A stretch of DNA of 64,000 nucleotides from a virus (lineage: Duplodnaviria; Caudoviricetes): positions 5,253 through 69,252 of the IMG/VR virus record IMGVR_UViG_3300050509_000415, one strand, 5' to 3'. This document shows, one piece after another, positions 44,827-54,482 of this stretch. Position 1 is the stretch's first letter. Each line of letters opens with the position of its first letter. A program made the translations under genes and the position numbers. The notes under the pieces were generated by a model. The model saw only the letters and a list, made by a program, of their open reading frames with translations. It had not been told where the DNA came from and ran no database searches.

Positions 44827-46863
44827 TTATTCTGGCTTAGGTGCCGGCTTTACCGGTACGGCGCCCGCGGGGATTTTGAATTGTTTTTCGCCCGGCGGAG
44901 GCCCCACCGGAACCGCATAGGCGTCGTCTTCGGTTCTAAGCTGGGCGCGAATATCGCGGATGCGCTGGTCGATGAGATTGATACCTTCGTTCCACTGCGC
45001 CTCTTCGTTAACAAAGTTAATGAAGTCCGTGGCCGATTTACCGGTCATGGAAGAAAGGCGCTCTGCTTCTTCCTTCTGAATGGCATCGCCAACGATTGCG
45101 TTTTTCGCGTTTGAGAGCGCGTTTGAGACCTTCGCCGAGATCTGTCCTCTCAGCTTAGTGTTGTAACCAGCGGAGATACCAGTTGGGTCCTTCTTATAGA
45201 TCTCTTTGATCTCTATAAGGTTCCGCTTCATCTCAACTAGAGCCGGAAATCCGATCGCCCACTTGTCGGCGCGCTCCTTGTTCGGTGCATAAAGTCTGAG
45301 CCCAGTTTCGGGATCTCTTAGCGAAGTCTGATTTACTTGGAACTGCAGCTTCTGGGCCTGCTGACGCATTGCCGCCTCTTCTTTCGTTGCAGGCATGCTG
45401 GCGTTCGGATCTGCCCAGAGGTTTACGGCCTGTGCCGTACTGATTCCCCACACGTCTCCAACCTTCTTGAAGACCATCAATTGTTCGGCTTTGTTCCGAG
45501 GCCCGATGTGGACCATGCCACCGGCCAGTGCAGTTTGGTGCTTGAAGAGTTCGCGCAGGGCGCCACCTTCGAGCTGTGCTGCCTTTGATCTCCAATCGGC
45601 GGCATCGAGACTGAACTTGGCCGCGATCTCTTCGCCCTTCGCCAGCGCGTCGGCACTGCCCATTTCGGCTGCGAGCCGACGGGTTTCCGCCGCCATACTT
45701 TCCATAAGCAACGCGCGGGTAGCATGCTCAGAGGCCTCGGGCGATAGGTACATCTGGCGCATCTGGGCCAGCGTGTTCGTCGCCGCTTCGGTCGACGATT
45801 TCATGGCGTCGAGTTCGGACTTTTGGGCCGTCATCTCGTCGTCCATTTCACCGCGAATCATCTGTGCAACAGTATCCGGTGTACCGGTCAGCGCCGAACC
45901 AAATGCACCAAGTGCAAGCCCAATCCGGGTCAGCATCGTTCCAAATGCACCTTTCTTTCGCCAGTAAGCGTCGGGGTCGATCTTGAAGGTACGAATTGCC
46001 TCGGATTGCTTATCGATCGCATCGATCTTCGGCTTAAGCGCCGCATCGCGCCGGTCGTCGAGAAGTTTGATATCGTCGAGTTGTTTCTTGGCTGCATCGC
46101 GCTGTTTCTCATACCCAAGCGCAAGTTGTGTCTGTGCGTCCGACAGGGCCGCGGCATTGGTACGCGCCGTATCGATCGCATTCTGATACGCCATCGCCTG
46201 CCCGAGCTTGACGTCTTCTGGTAATGGGCGTTGGCGTTCGACCGAGAAGCTTTGAAGTACGTCGCCTTCCTTTCGTCCCGGCGAGTAGACGTTCCGACCG
46301 GTCAGCGCCTCATTTACGACGTCGCGATGCATCTCCGACGCCAAGTCCGGCCCTCCGGCTCCGACTTGTGCACCCATCTTACCCGAGACAGTCGGCGGTG
46401 CAGCCGGTGCACTCGGTTGAGTAACCTCTACGCCGTATGGGTTAGGATTGTTGAATCTTTGCTCGGCCCACTTCGGCATTTTTTGCGAACCAGCCGAAGA
46501 CGGAGCACCACTAAACAACGGTTGATCTCCGCCTTCAACGCTCGTAATTTGCGGCAGGTCGCTAGCGTTGCGAGGTGGGAGCGGGCGTACGTCTAGCTTG
46601 AACGGCGAAGCGGCTTGCGGCGGATTAGATGCCAGCTCGGGTGATTCTGGTTCTGGTATGACCGGTGGGCTAACCGGATTATACAGACTCGGCGCGGGCT
46701 CCGGCGGTGGTTCGGGTGCAGCTTGGGCGACCGTGCGACCCGCTGAGGCAAGTTGCGATATTACATCCGACGGAACCCATTCCGGCGGTACATCGTTTGC
46801 TATTTCATTGCCATCGGCATCCGTTACTTGAAACGTGCCGTTGGGATTGGGGATAAACGCCAT
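44827..46863 (-). CDS. internal virion / DNA-ejection protein
   Basis: 678 aa, Pro-rich N-terminus and a long coiled-coil core. Confidence 0.65.
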   Translation of the reverse strand: MAFIPNPNGTFQVTDADGNEIANDVPPEWVPSDVISQLASAGRTVAQAAPEPPPEPAPSLYNPVSPPVIPEPESPELASNPPQAASPFKLDVRPLPPRNASDLPQITSVEGGDQPLFSGAPSSAGSQKMPKWAEQRFNNPNPYGVEVTQPSAPAAPPTVSGKMGAQVGAGGPDLASEMHRDVVNEALTGRNVYSPGRKEGDVLQSFSVERQRPLPEDVKLGQAMAYQNAIDTARTNAAALSDAQTQLALGYEKQRDAAKKQLDDIKLLDDRRDAALKPKIDAIDKQSEAIRTFKIDPDAYWRKKGAFGTMLTRIGLALGAFGSALTGTPDTVAQMIRGEMDDEMTAQKSELDAMKSSTEAATNTLAQMRQMYLSPEASEHATRALLMESMAAETRRLAAEMGSADALAKGEEIAAKFSLDAADWRSKAAQLEGGALRELFKHQTALAGGMVHIGPRNKAEQLMVFKKVGDVWGISTAQAVNLWADPNASMPATKEEAAMRQQAQKLQFQVNQTSLRDPETGLRLYAPNKERADKWAIGFPALVEMKRNLIEIKEIYKKDPTGISAGYNTKLRGQISAKVSNALSNAKNAIVGDAIQKEEAERLSSMTGKSATDFINFVNEEAQWNEGINLIDQRIRDIRAQLRTEDDAYAVPVGPPPGEKQFKIPAGAVPVKPAPKPE

Positions 46864-46878
46864 GCTCCCTTCTGGGCT

Positions 46879-48858
46879 TTAGTAAGCCCGCTTCATGCGT
46901 ACGTCGGAACCGACATCGTTCGCCGGTGGTCCGAACTGTGCCGCCTCGGGACGCGGCATCTCGCTCTTCAATGCACGTATCGCATCGATGATGTCTTGGT
47001 CAGTTGCCTTATCCTTCGGCTTGGCTTTGGACGCACCCTTCTCCTTCAGTGCGGCCATCTTTTCGAACTCGCCGAGCCGGCGTGCAAGGTCCGAAATCAT
47101 CGCCGTGTTGGTCATGGTGAGCTGGCCCGCATCGACACGCTTTAGCCCGTCAGGACCCGTTTGTACCGTCGGTGCCGTTGCCGGTACCCGTTCGAGGTCC
47201 TGTGCCATCACGCCCACGCGCGGGCCTTCGCCGTATTGCTGTGCGTAGGGCTCCTTGTAACGGAACTTGTAGGCCGGGATTTCGGCGGCTTGCTCAGTGA
47301 GCGGAAATGATGCAGTCGACGAAGACGCCGGCCCGCCGTAGCTTGCGGTTGAACCGGGCGATACTTCCCCGCGCATCTCACGCCCGCGCGCCTTGATTGA
47401 GTCAAGTAGCGGACGCATATCCGTCTTCATACGCTCGTCGCTTTCGACCTGCTTGGCATTAACGTCGCTCATTACGACTTCTTCGATCGGTGGGGCGCTC
47501 TGGGTACCGATGCGGTCGGCTTCGATTTGGCGCGCGGCCTGGATGGCCTTGAGATCGCGTTGGCTGTCCTGGAAGTTCTTTTGGAACTGTGCGAGACGCA
47601 GGGCATAGTCGGCCGCCGCGGCCTTATGTACCTCGGGGCGATTCTGTGTCTGGTCGAGCGGGGGGATCGTCGTGGTAAAGATCTCGTTTGCAATCGCGGG
47701 CGACTTGCGTTCGTACTGTTGAAACTGGGACTCACCTTCCGCGCGCTGTTCGGGGGATAGCGGGGCCGTGCCGGCCGGTGCCATCTGGGCTACGCCGGGC
47801 ATCGCGCGCTTGAGTAGGGAATTCTCTTTACGCAGGTCCTGGATTTCTGCCTTTGTCGTCTTGTCCGAAAGTTGGCTGCCAAACGCCATCAAACCACCGC
47901 CCAACCCCGGTCCGGAATTACGGTCGGCCTTGGCTCCATCCTGGTCGGCGGTGTACGGATTTTGTGACGATGCTTGTTGCTCTTGGATTTTCGAGAGCGC
48001 GGCATTATATGCCGAACTGTTTCCGCTGAGTCCGGCCCCGAACCCCATTAGGCCAAGTCCTACCTTCTGTCCGGCGGAAGGTCCTCTCGGACCGCTTGGT
48101 GCAGGCGAATTTGGGTAGGGCTGCTCGGGGGCGAAGTCACCCTGTCCGTAATAATCTCCACGCGGATTCGACATTTGGAGCGTTTGCATTCCACCGCCGG
48201 TCGTAATCCCGGGCGTACCGCGACTTTCGAGCATTGACGCACGGGCCGGCCCGGGTCGCAGGCCAGTACCTACCGGCTCGATATCCTCCTTATAAGTAAT
48301 GTCCGAAGGAATGAGTCCACCGGCCATAGTTGCAATTGCGCCGACGCCCCTCTGAGCGTTTGCGGCGTTTTCCGATCCGGCTTTCAATTGTGCCGCCTGG
48401 AGTTGGCCGTAGTATGCCAACTGCGCCTTGGCCTCATCGACGGAGTAGCCGCGGGCAAGTAGGTCCTGCATCCGCTGGGCTTGGATGAGGTCCGAGTACT
48501 GCTTCTGTGCGGCGATCTGCTCGCCGGCTCTAAGTTGCGCCGCCTGGGCGTTGGTCTGGGTTGCGATGTCGGCCGCATTGCGCTGTGCAAGGGCCTGGTT
48601 GGTACCGCGTCCGGACGCAGCCGCCGCCATGGCCGTACGGGCACCCTGGGCCATCTGGGTCTGCGCGACACTTGGCCCCTTCCCTGCAATTTGGTTCTGA
48701 AGGGTCTGCCCCAAGCCAAGCTGCTGATTACGACTATCCAGCCCTAACTGGCGTTCCTGATCGGCCCGTGCCGTATCGAGCTGGTGACTCTTCGCCTCAT
48801 ACTGGTTAGTACCGAGAACGAGATCGTCAACCTTTGTATCATCCCAAGTGAAAGCCAT
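46879..48858 (-). CDS. ejection/pilot-type protein with peptidase S74 (ICA) auto-cleavage domain
   Basis: Gln/Ala-rich N-terminus. SDERMKTDM...YKFRYK...RVGVMAQDLE...GLKRVD is the S74 signature. Confidence 0.75.
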   Translation of the reverse strand: MAFTWDDTKVDDLVLGTNQYEAKSHQLDTARADQERQLGLDSRNQQLGLGQTLQNQIAGKGPSVAQTQMAQGARTAMAAAASGRGTNQALAQRNAADIATQTNAQAAQLRAGEQIAAQKQYSDLIQAQRMQDLLARGYSVDEAKAQLAYYGQLQAAQLKAGSENAANAQRGVGAIATMAGGLIPSDITYKEDIEPVGTGLRPGPARASMLESRGTPGITTGGGMQTLQMSNPRGDYYGQGDFAPEQPYPNSPAPSGPRGPSAGQKVGLGLMGFGAGLSGNSSAYNAALSKIQEQQASSQNPYTADQDGAKADRNSGPGLGGGLMAFGSQLSDKTTKAEIQDLRKENSLLKRAMPGVAQMAPAGTAPLSPEQRAEGESQFQQYERKSPAIANEIFTTTIPPLDQTQNRPEVHKAAAADYALRLAQFQKNFQDSQRDLKAIQAARQIEADRIGTQSAPPIEEVVMSDVNAKQVESDERMKTDMRPLLDSIKARGREMRGEVSPGSTASYGGPASSSTASFPLTEQAAEIPAYKFRYKEPYAQQYGEGPRVGVMAQDLERVPATAPTVQTGPDGLKRVDAGQLTMTNTAMISDLARRLGEFEKMAALKEKGASKAKPKDKATDQDIIDAIRALKSEMPRPEAAQFGPPANDVGSDVRMKRAY

Positions 48859-48862
48859 TGAG

Positions 48863-51800
48863 TTATCCCGATTGTGATGCCGGCAACCGGTTCAAGCCAG
48901 GTATCATGCCGATCTGGAATGCGAACCCATCGATCGCAAATCCGGGCGTATCCATGTCCTGGCCGATTTCTAGTGCCTGCGGAGAGGTTTCGGTCAGTCT
49001 GAGCCTTATTGCCGGGGTTTTCTTACGGGGTACCGTAACCCGAAGCCACTCAACCGCCCCAATGTCTGTAATGCGAACTTCCGGCCAAACCAGGGTAGAA
49101 CCCCCAGTCTCCTGGTAGCTGTACTTCAGGCCGAGCGTCAGACCGTGTGCCCCAAACCGCTCGAGCAAAACCCCGGCCTTGCGTACCATCTTGTATCCCT
49201 GAAGACGACCAAAGCTGATCCAACCGGTTTCGACGTCCAGGCCATAGAACAGCAGGTCGTCGCTATGTACGTTCGCCGCCGCCTGTTGCTCATACAGACA
49301 GCCATTCTGGGCCAGATATACGACCTCGCGGTCCAGCCAAGCCGAAATGTCCGACCAGGGGGTCGGGTCGTTGAGTATACCGTCCGAATCCCGCTTCTTG
49401 TGGTTCCAGAGGCTCCACATGCCCTGGAGGTAGTTGTAGACGGCCACCGTGCCCGCCGTCCCGGCGCTATCATTAAGGGCAAACATGACCTCCCCGCGAC
49501 GGGATTCGTTGGCCACCCCCCGGACGATCGGGTAAAGGAGCATCGTGTCCTTTATGGGTTCGCCGATGTAATTGATGTTTTGCTTACGGTCGATCAGGTA
49601 GAGTCCGTTGCGGGTTTGGAATATTAACCCCTGGGGTATTTCGATAACCGCGCGCGGGCCGATACACGCCGAGTCGGCGTTGATCTTACGTGGCACGTCA
49701 AAGGGCCTACCTTGTCCTGTAACGTCGGGACCGTCGCCGTCTATGGCATAGATACCCCGGCTGCAAAAGACGATTAGGGCGCCTTCCAGGGACCCTAGCG
49801 CTACGACTTCTTCGCCTGGGATGCGGAAGGTAAAGGCCAGGGAGAACTCGGCGGGCAATCCGTCTACCCGGGGCTTGCTGTACCAGACGATTTCGGGGTC
49901 CATACCACCGGCCAGCCACAGCCGGTCCTTGTGAACGCATATCGCGGTCGCCCCACCGTAGGGCATGTCGTTTTGAAACTCGCCGCTTTCGGTGAAAAGG
50001 ACTTCGTTGTCGACGTTGTCCTCCCCGGTGTCCGTGTAGGTCAGGTAGTTCAAAGACGTCGGATCGTTAACCAGGGCAGTCGGAGTCTCGGAATACTGGA
50101 ACAGACGCTGAAACAGGTTACCAGTTGCCTCGCGGGCACGATAAATGGTCATATAGACCTTACCGAGTTCCTCGGCATTCTGGGCGCCGTAGCGCTGGGC
50201 TCGCGTCAGAGTCAATGGTTCAAATCGCAGCTCGACTTTGTCCGTTGCATTCGCAACGTTTACGGTCAAAACGTTGCTCTTCAGAAACCGGTGCCGTTGG
50301 GTCTGGGCATCGATGTATTCATAAACCACTAGGTATGAGTAATTGCCCGTATCGGCGAATGAACCGCCAAGGGCACTTACAAGTCCAAAGAGAATGGATG
50401 CATGGACGGTGCCTACTTCGCGCAGCTTCGCCCCGTCCCATTCGGTTACAACACCGCCCGTGCAATAGGTCGAACCGCCGAACTCGACGTTGCTGTAGCG
50501 GCCCAGATGGTCGTAACGAACCTGACAGTCGACCGGGCCGACTCGCACTTCCAGAGGCACATAAATGACGTGCTGGCAGGTATGATATGTACCGTCGATC
50601 AAGGCATACGAAGCGGGCTGGCACAGTTGCAGCCCCGTGCTTTGGATGAATGGCGGAGCCGCTGCCTGTGGGAACCCGGTTGTTTCGATCGTGGCACCGG
50701 GCAATTCGCTCGCTCGGTACATCCGTTCCGGATAATTCGGAACCGAGATAAGAACCTGGGTGTAAGATTTACCCCCGGTCGTTGCAACGCCGTGTTCGGT
50801 AGCTGTCCAGATGTGCTGCCGGTTCCCCTGCACCCAAGGCTTACCGGTTATGTAGATTCGCCGTTTCTGTCGAGGCGTCCCGGACATACCGGAGCGGGTG
50901 GCCTGACACCACGCCGTAATCGGAGTTGAATCGGGCGGAGAGACAGACCCGCCGCGTGTATAAGAGGCAAAGAGGGTGTAATCGTCGGTCGAACCGTTCT
51001 GAAACTTGCCAATTGCCGTGGCAAGTACCGTTGTAAGCGTCGTAGAATGCCAGATGGTCTTGGCTAGAACCGTAGCCAGGGTGGCTTCGTCGAAAACCGC
51101 ATACCGGAAAATTCTTACACCGGCAGGACCAACTAACAATCGCGCCCAACTGACTACGATATCTTGGCCGTCGGCGGCGACGATTACGGAAAGATGCGTA
51201 ACGTCCGCAGTATCGACCGTGGTACTTGCAAACGAAAACCCTCCGGAATAGGTGACCTGTACAAGTTTCAGGTCGTCCGTACCCGCCTGCCGGTACACAA
51301 GGGCCCAGCGACTCGTCGTAACCGTAAGCCCGACAGAATCGTGCGCGAGCCAGCCGTCGCTAACGTCCGATACCAAGACTTCTGCGGTCTTGGGGATAGT
51401 ACCAGCGCCGATTAGGGTAGGAACTTCGGTCGTACAGTCGACTATGATGCCACGGATTTCGTTATTAACGGCGACTATGCTTCCGCTCCAGGTTACCAGA
51501 ACCATATCACCACTTGCGGCGGCTCGTACATAACCTGCGTTGTTATTTCCAAGAAGGATTTGTTCTTCAAGTACGACCGACCCGCTCGAAACCTCGACTA
51601 CGCGGACAGATGCACCGGCCTTGCCGCCACCCGAGCCGGGGCGCCCAAGTATGCCGTAAACTAGGAAGCCATTGGTTGTAACCGCTACATCGGCGAAGAC
51701 ATCCCGCGTTAGGTCATTGTTAACCGTAGTAGCCCGCACCGTCGCCGTGGGGATAGGCGGCATTCCGCCCGGCGGAAGCTGCGGATAGTCACCGTTGATC

Positions 51801-52069
51801 TCGTTAATCTGGTGGACCGCAACGGAATCTTCCGGATCGAATACGAAGATCTGATTACGCCAACGCGCCAGGCGGTCGCCCTTCGGGAAATCGTTTGCGA
51901 ATGAACTTACACGACGACGGATGCCTGGGCGCTTGCGGATCGTACCCGGTTTGACGTAGTCGCCGTTTATAACGGAAACGAACTTGCCGGGCGGTAGAAT
52001 GCGTTTGTCTACGCCTTCGTCGTGCCCGCCAATTGGCAGTTCAATTTCTGACCACTGCACGTCGTTCAT
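48863..52069 (-). CDS. tail nozzle / DNA-stabilisation protein (P22 gp10 / T7 gp12-like)
   Basis: Start revised to MNDVQW at 52069 (ATGA overlap). Beta-propeller-like repeats, RLWLAG...VWYSK and C-terminal ETGWISFG..QGYKMVR. Confidence 0.75.
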   Translation of the reverse strand: MNDVQWSEIELPIGGHDEGVDKRILPPGKFVSVINGDYVKPGTIRKRPGIRRRVSSFANDFPKGDRLARWRNQIFVFDPEDSVAVHQINEINGDYPQLPPGGMPPIPTATVRATTVNNDLTRDVFADVAVTTNGFLVYGILGRPGSGGGKAGASVRVVEVSSGSVVLEEQILLGNNNAGYVRAAASGDMVLVTWSGSIVAVNNEIRGIIVDCTTEVPTLIGAGTIPKTAEVLVSDVSDGWLAHDSVGLTVTTSRWALVYRQAGTDDLKLVQVTYSGGFSFASTTVDTADVTHLSVIVAADGQDIVVSWARLLVGPAGVRIFRYAVFDEATLATVLAKTIWHSTTLTTVLATAIGKFQNGSTDDYTLFASYTRGGSVSPPDSTPITAWCQATRSGMSGTPRQKRRIYITGKPWVQGNRQHIWTATEHGVATTGGKSYTQVLISVPNYPERMYRASELPGATIETTGFPQAAAPPFIQSTGLQLCQPASYALIDGTYHTCQHVIYVPLEVRVGPVDCQVRYDHLGRYSNVEFGGSTYCTGGVVTEWDGAKLREVGTVHASILFGLVSALGGSFADTGNYSYLVVYEYIDAQTQRHRFLKSNVLTVNVANATDKVELRFEPLTLTRAQRYGAQNAEELGKVYMTIYRAREATGNLFQRLFQYSETPTALVNDPTSLNYLTYTDTGEDNVDNEVLFTESGEFQNDMPYGGATAICVHKDRLWLAGGMDPEIVWYSKPRVDGLPAEFSLAFTFRIPGEEVVALGSLEGALIVFCSRGIYAIDGDGPDVTGQGRPFDVPRKINADSACIGPRAVIEIPQGLIFQTRNGLYLIDRKQNINYIGEPIKDTMLLYPIVRGVANESRRGEVMFALNDSAGTAGTVAVYNYLQGMWSLWNHKKRDSDGILNDPTPWSDISAWLDREVVYLAQNGCLYEQQAAANVHSDDLLFYGLDVETGWISFGRLQGYKMVRKAGVLLERFGAHGLTLGLKYSYQETGGSTLVWPEVRITDIGAVEWLRVTVPRKKTPAIRLRLTETSPQALEIGQDMDTPGFAIDGFAFQIGMIPGLNRLPASQSG

Positions 52070-52476
52070 GGTCGCCAGCACCATATAGTTGCGACGCACT
52101 CGGCGTTGGCCACAAGCCTTATGAACTTGTCGGATGTTTTAGGTGCCACGACCGCGGCCTGGACTACGACCGGAAACGTTCCAGCGGTCGTCAAGAGTCC
52201 GACGATCGCAGCCTTGCACTCACCACCCAACCGGTGAGCGAGGGTTTGATCCAACGTGCTAGCGGTGAAGGTTACGACCTTCTTTCTGATGTCCGCGTCG
52301 GTAGATCCAGACAGCAACTGACCTTCGGTATAATACGTGGTCGGTATATCGCCGATTGCGTCGGAAACCGCGTCGTTGTTCTTGGTCGCGGCTTCGTCGT
52401 CCAGGGCTACGCTGCGCACCGTCCGTAGCGGCGGACGCTTCAAACCATGCTGGTGGCCGGTTGCACCACTAGCCAT
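52066..52476 (-). CDS. small tail-associated protein
   Basis: 136 aa between adaptor and nozzle. Confidence 0.55.
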   Translation of the reverse strand: MASGATGHQHGLKRPPLRTVRSVALDDEAATKNNDAVSDAIGDIPTTYYTEGQLLSGSTDADIRKKVVTFTASTLDQTLAHRLGGECKAAIVGLLTTAGTFPVVVQAAVVAPKTSDKFIRLVANAECVATIWCWRP

Positions 52477-52479
52477 GGG

Positions 52480-53178
52480 TTAGAACAGTCTCCCCGTGCG
52501 ATAGTTGGCCGTACGCCACGGCTGCGGCGCATCGATCGTACGATGCGGGTTGGCACGGTCGAACGTTGCACCCCAGTCCTCGATGCGACGTTGGATCATC
52601 GCGCGCTCGCGTTCCATGCGTCCCGTGTCGCGGTCTTCCTTATCCTTGATACGGATGCACGACTCTACGACGATGTAATCCGCAAACGGGATTGATACCG
52701 GGTCGGCATCGTCGTCATACGTCGGTGGAACCGTATGGTAGACGAGGTTTATGGTGGTGACCGTATCGGGTGGCGGATCGAACCGAATGCGCCATATCGA
52801 ATCGGCACTGAGTGAGAGCTCATAGCGCGGTAGACATCCCGGTCCCCATCCCTGTCCAGCCGATGCCGACTGAATGATTACGTCCGCTTCCTCAAACGGC
52901 GAAAGCGGATACTCGAGATCGTCGATCGCCCAACCCATCCGCACGAGGCGGTAGAAGTTCGACGTCGGAATCGTGTAGGTCGAGGTGCCGGCTACGGTCG
53001 AGAACGTTGCTCGCTCGATCGCGTAGTTCGTGTTGGCGGCCGAGATTAGCAGGTCGTGGAGGACCGCCGCACTGTCATTTATATGGCCCTCGAGCTCTAC
53101 GTCCCCCTCGAAAAAAGTATTTTCAAGGTCGCAGCGCTGTCGGATCTGTTGTTTGAGCTGTGCGCGGGAATAGGCCAC
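52480..53178 (-). CDS. head-tail adaptor
   Basis: MAYSRAQLKQQIRQRCD...EL..HIN...Y.IP..FYRL...P.PD..Y, in the position after the capsid genes. Confidence 0.75.
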   Translation of the reverse strand: MAYSRAQLKQQIRQRCDLENTFFEGDVELEGHINDSAAVLHDLLISAANTNYAIERATFSTVAGTSTYTIPTSNFYRLVRMGWAIDDLEYPLSPFEEADVIIQSASAGQGWGPGCLPRYELSLSADSIWRIRFDPPPDTVTTINLVYHTVPPTYDDDADPVSIPFADYIVVESCIRIKDKEDRDTGRMERERAMIQRRIEDWGATFDRANPHRTIDAPQPWRTANYRTGRLF

Positions 53179-53197
53179 TACGTAACCTCAGGAGGGG

Positions 53198-53458
53198 TTA
53201 CGGCGCCCCCCTCTTCATCAGAATCGCGATACCCGACGGTTTCTTTTCTTCCGCCGGTTCTTCTTCGTCCGAGCCGCCTTCCATCTCTTCGCGGGCAAGG
53301 CTGCAGATCACGTCGCGCAGGCGCATTGCTTTGTCCGAATCGAGCCCGAGGATGTCCCCGAGCTCGTCGGCAAGTGCGTCGTACGAAGTACCTTCGTCGG
53401 CTTGATCGGTATCCGGCTTCTCTTCCGGTTCCGGTTTTTCTCTAGAAAGCAAAGCCAT
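53198..53458 (-). CDS. small acidic hypothetical protein
   Basis: 86 aa, conserved position in this type of head module. Confidence 0.55.
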   Translation of the reverse strand: MALLSREKPEPEEKPDTDQADEGTSYDALADELGDILGLDSDKAMRLRDVICSLAREEMEGGSDEEEPAEEKKPSGIAILMKRGAP

Positions 53459-53463
53459 CTAGA

Positions 53464-53844
53464 TTACGCCTGGAAGGAGTCGTCGAAGACGCAGGAGAAG
53501 TGAATGCGGTTGTTGGCGTCGGCTGCGACGTCTGCAACTGCGGCGCCAGAAGCGTCCCATACACGGACCGTCAGGGTCCGCGATGCGGCGGTGTACGTTC
53601 CAACTTGGAGGTACTTGTCGTCGCCGGAGGCAAGCTGCAACGAAACCGTTACCGACTGAAGCCGACGGTAGGTGTTCGCGAAGGTGATCGTGAACAATCC
53701 GGTCGACGTCCAGGCGACGGTGAAGCCGTAGCCGTAGGTGTCTGCCGCAACGAGCGTGGAGCCACCGTTCGGCGCCCAGCTACCCGAGACCAGGCGCTTC
53801 TTACGCCCGATCGTTTCCATAAAATCAAAGTTACGTTCCGCCAT
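53464..53844 (-). CDS. capsid decoration-like protein
   Basis: 126 aa, beta-rich (GFTVAWTSTGLFTITF), follows the capsid genes. Confidence 0.55.
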   Translation of the reverse strand: MAERNFDFMETIGRKKRLVSGSWAPNGGSTLVAADTYGYGFTVAWTSTGLFTITFANTYRRLQSVTVSLQLASGDDKYLQVGTYTAASRTLTVRVWDASGAAVADVAADANNRIHFSCVFDDSFQA

Positions 53845-53885
53845 GGTGGCCTATTCGGTCCTCTCTTTTCGGGGACCCTTGTTGG

Positions 53886-53923
53886 TCCTTACACAGGTAA
53901 GGAAGCGGGGGTCCGAAGACCCC
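53886..53923 (-). other. two adjacent intergenic hairpins
   Basis: TCCTTAC-N4-GTAAGGA at 53886-53903, and GGGGTC-TTCG-GACCCC (C-UUCG-G tetraloop on the minus strand) at 53908-53923. Confidence 0.65.
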
Positions 53924-53934
53924 CTGGTTATGGA

Positions 53935-54462
53935 TTACAGAGCCTTGAGAATGACCGTGTAGTGACAGTCCGGAAGCTGCGTGCCGGTCGAAGCCTTGGC
54001 GCGGGTAAGCGTCAGGGTTCCGTCAGCCGGAACAACGCGGTTCGCCAGGGTGACCGAAAGCGTCGCTGCGTACTTCTTGTGCGCCACGGTCGTTCCGATT
54101 CCGGCGTTCGCCACGGTATTGGTCGTAAGGGTCGCCGCCGTAAGGTTACTTACGCCGAGCGAGTCGCGGCTGGTGAAGGTGTCGGTCGCGTAAACCGAGG
54201 TGCTTTCCGTAATCGCCGTGTCCGAACGGAACTGGATCTCTACGACCTCTGCCCCGTTGGGGAACTGCGATGCCGGAACGGCAACTACGGTCTTTTCGCC
54301 GATGACGTCGGCCGCTGCGCCTTCCGCCACTGTGTCGACCTGGTACGGGGTACGTACGAGGGCTCGTTCTGCGACATCCTTACCGGTTACGGTAGCGGAC
54401 GGGTCGGTAACGTCGTGGTTTGCCGCGCGTGCGCGTTGTGCAAGTTCGCTATAAGCAGTCAT
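53935..54462 (-). CDS. capsid decoration / cement protein
   Basis: 175 aa, Thr/Ala/Val-rich, directly downstream of the major capsid gene. Confidence 0.6.
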   Translation of the reverse strand: MTAYSELAQRARAANHDVTDPSATVTGKDVAERALVRTPYQVDTVAEGAAADVIGEKTVVAVPASQFPNGAEVVEIQFRSDTAITESTSVYATDTFTSRDSLGVSNLTAATLTTNTVANAGIGTTVAHKKYAATLSVTLANRVVPADGTLTLTRAKASTGTQLPDCHYTVILKAL

Positions 54463-54482
54463 GTTAGTCCTCTAAAGTCCTA

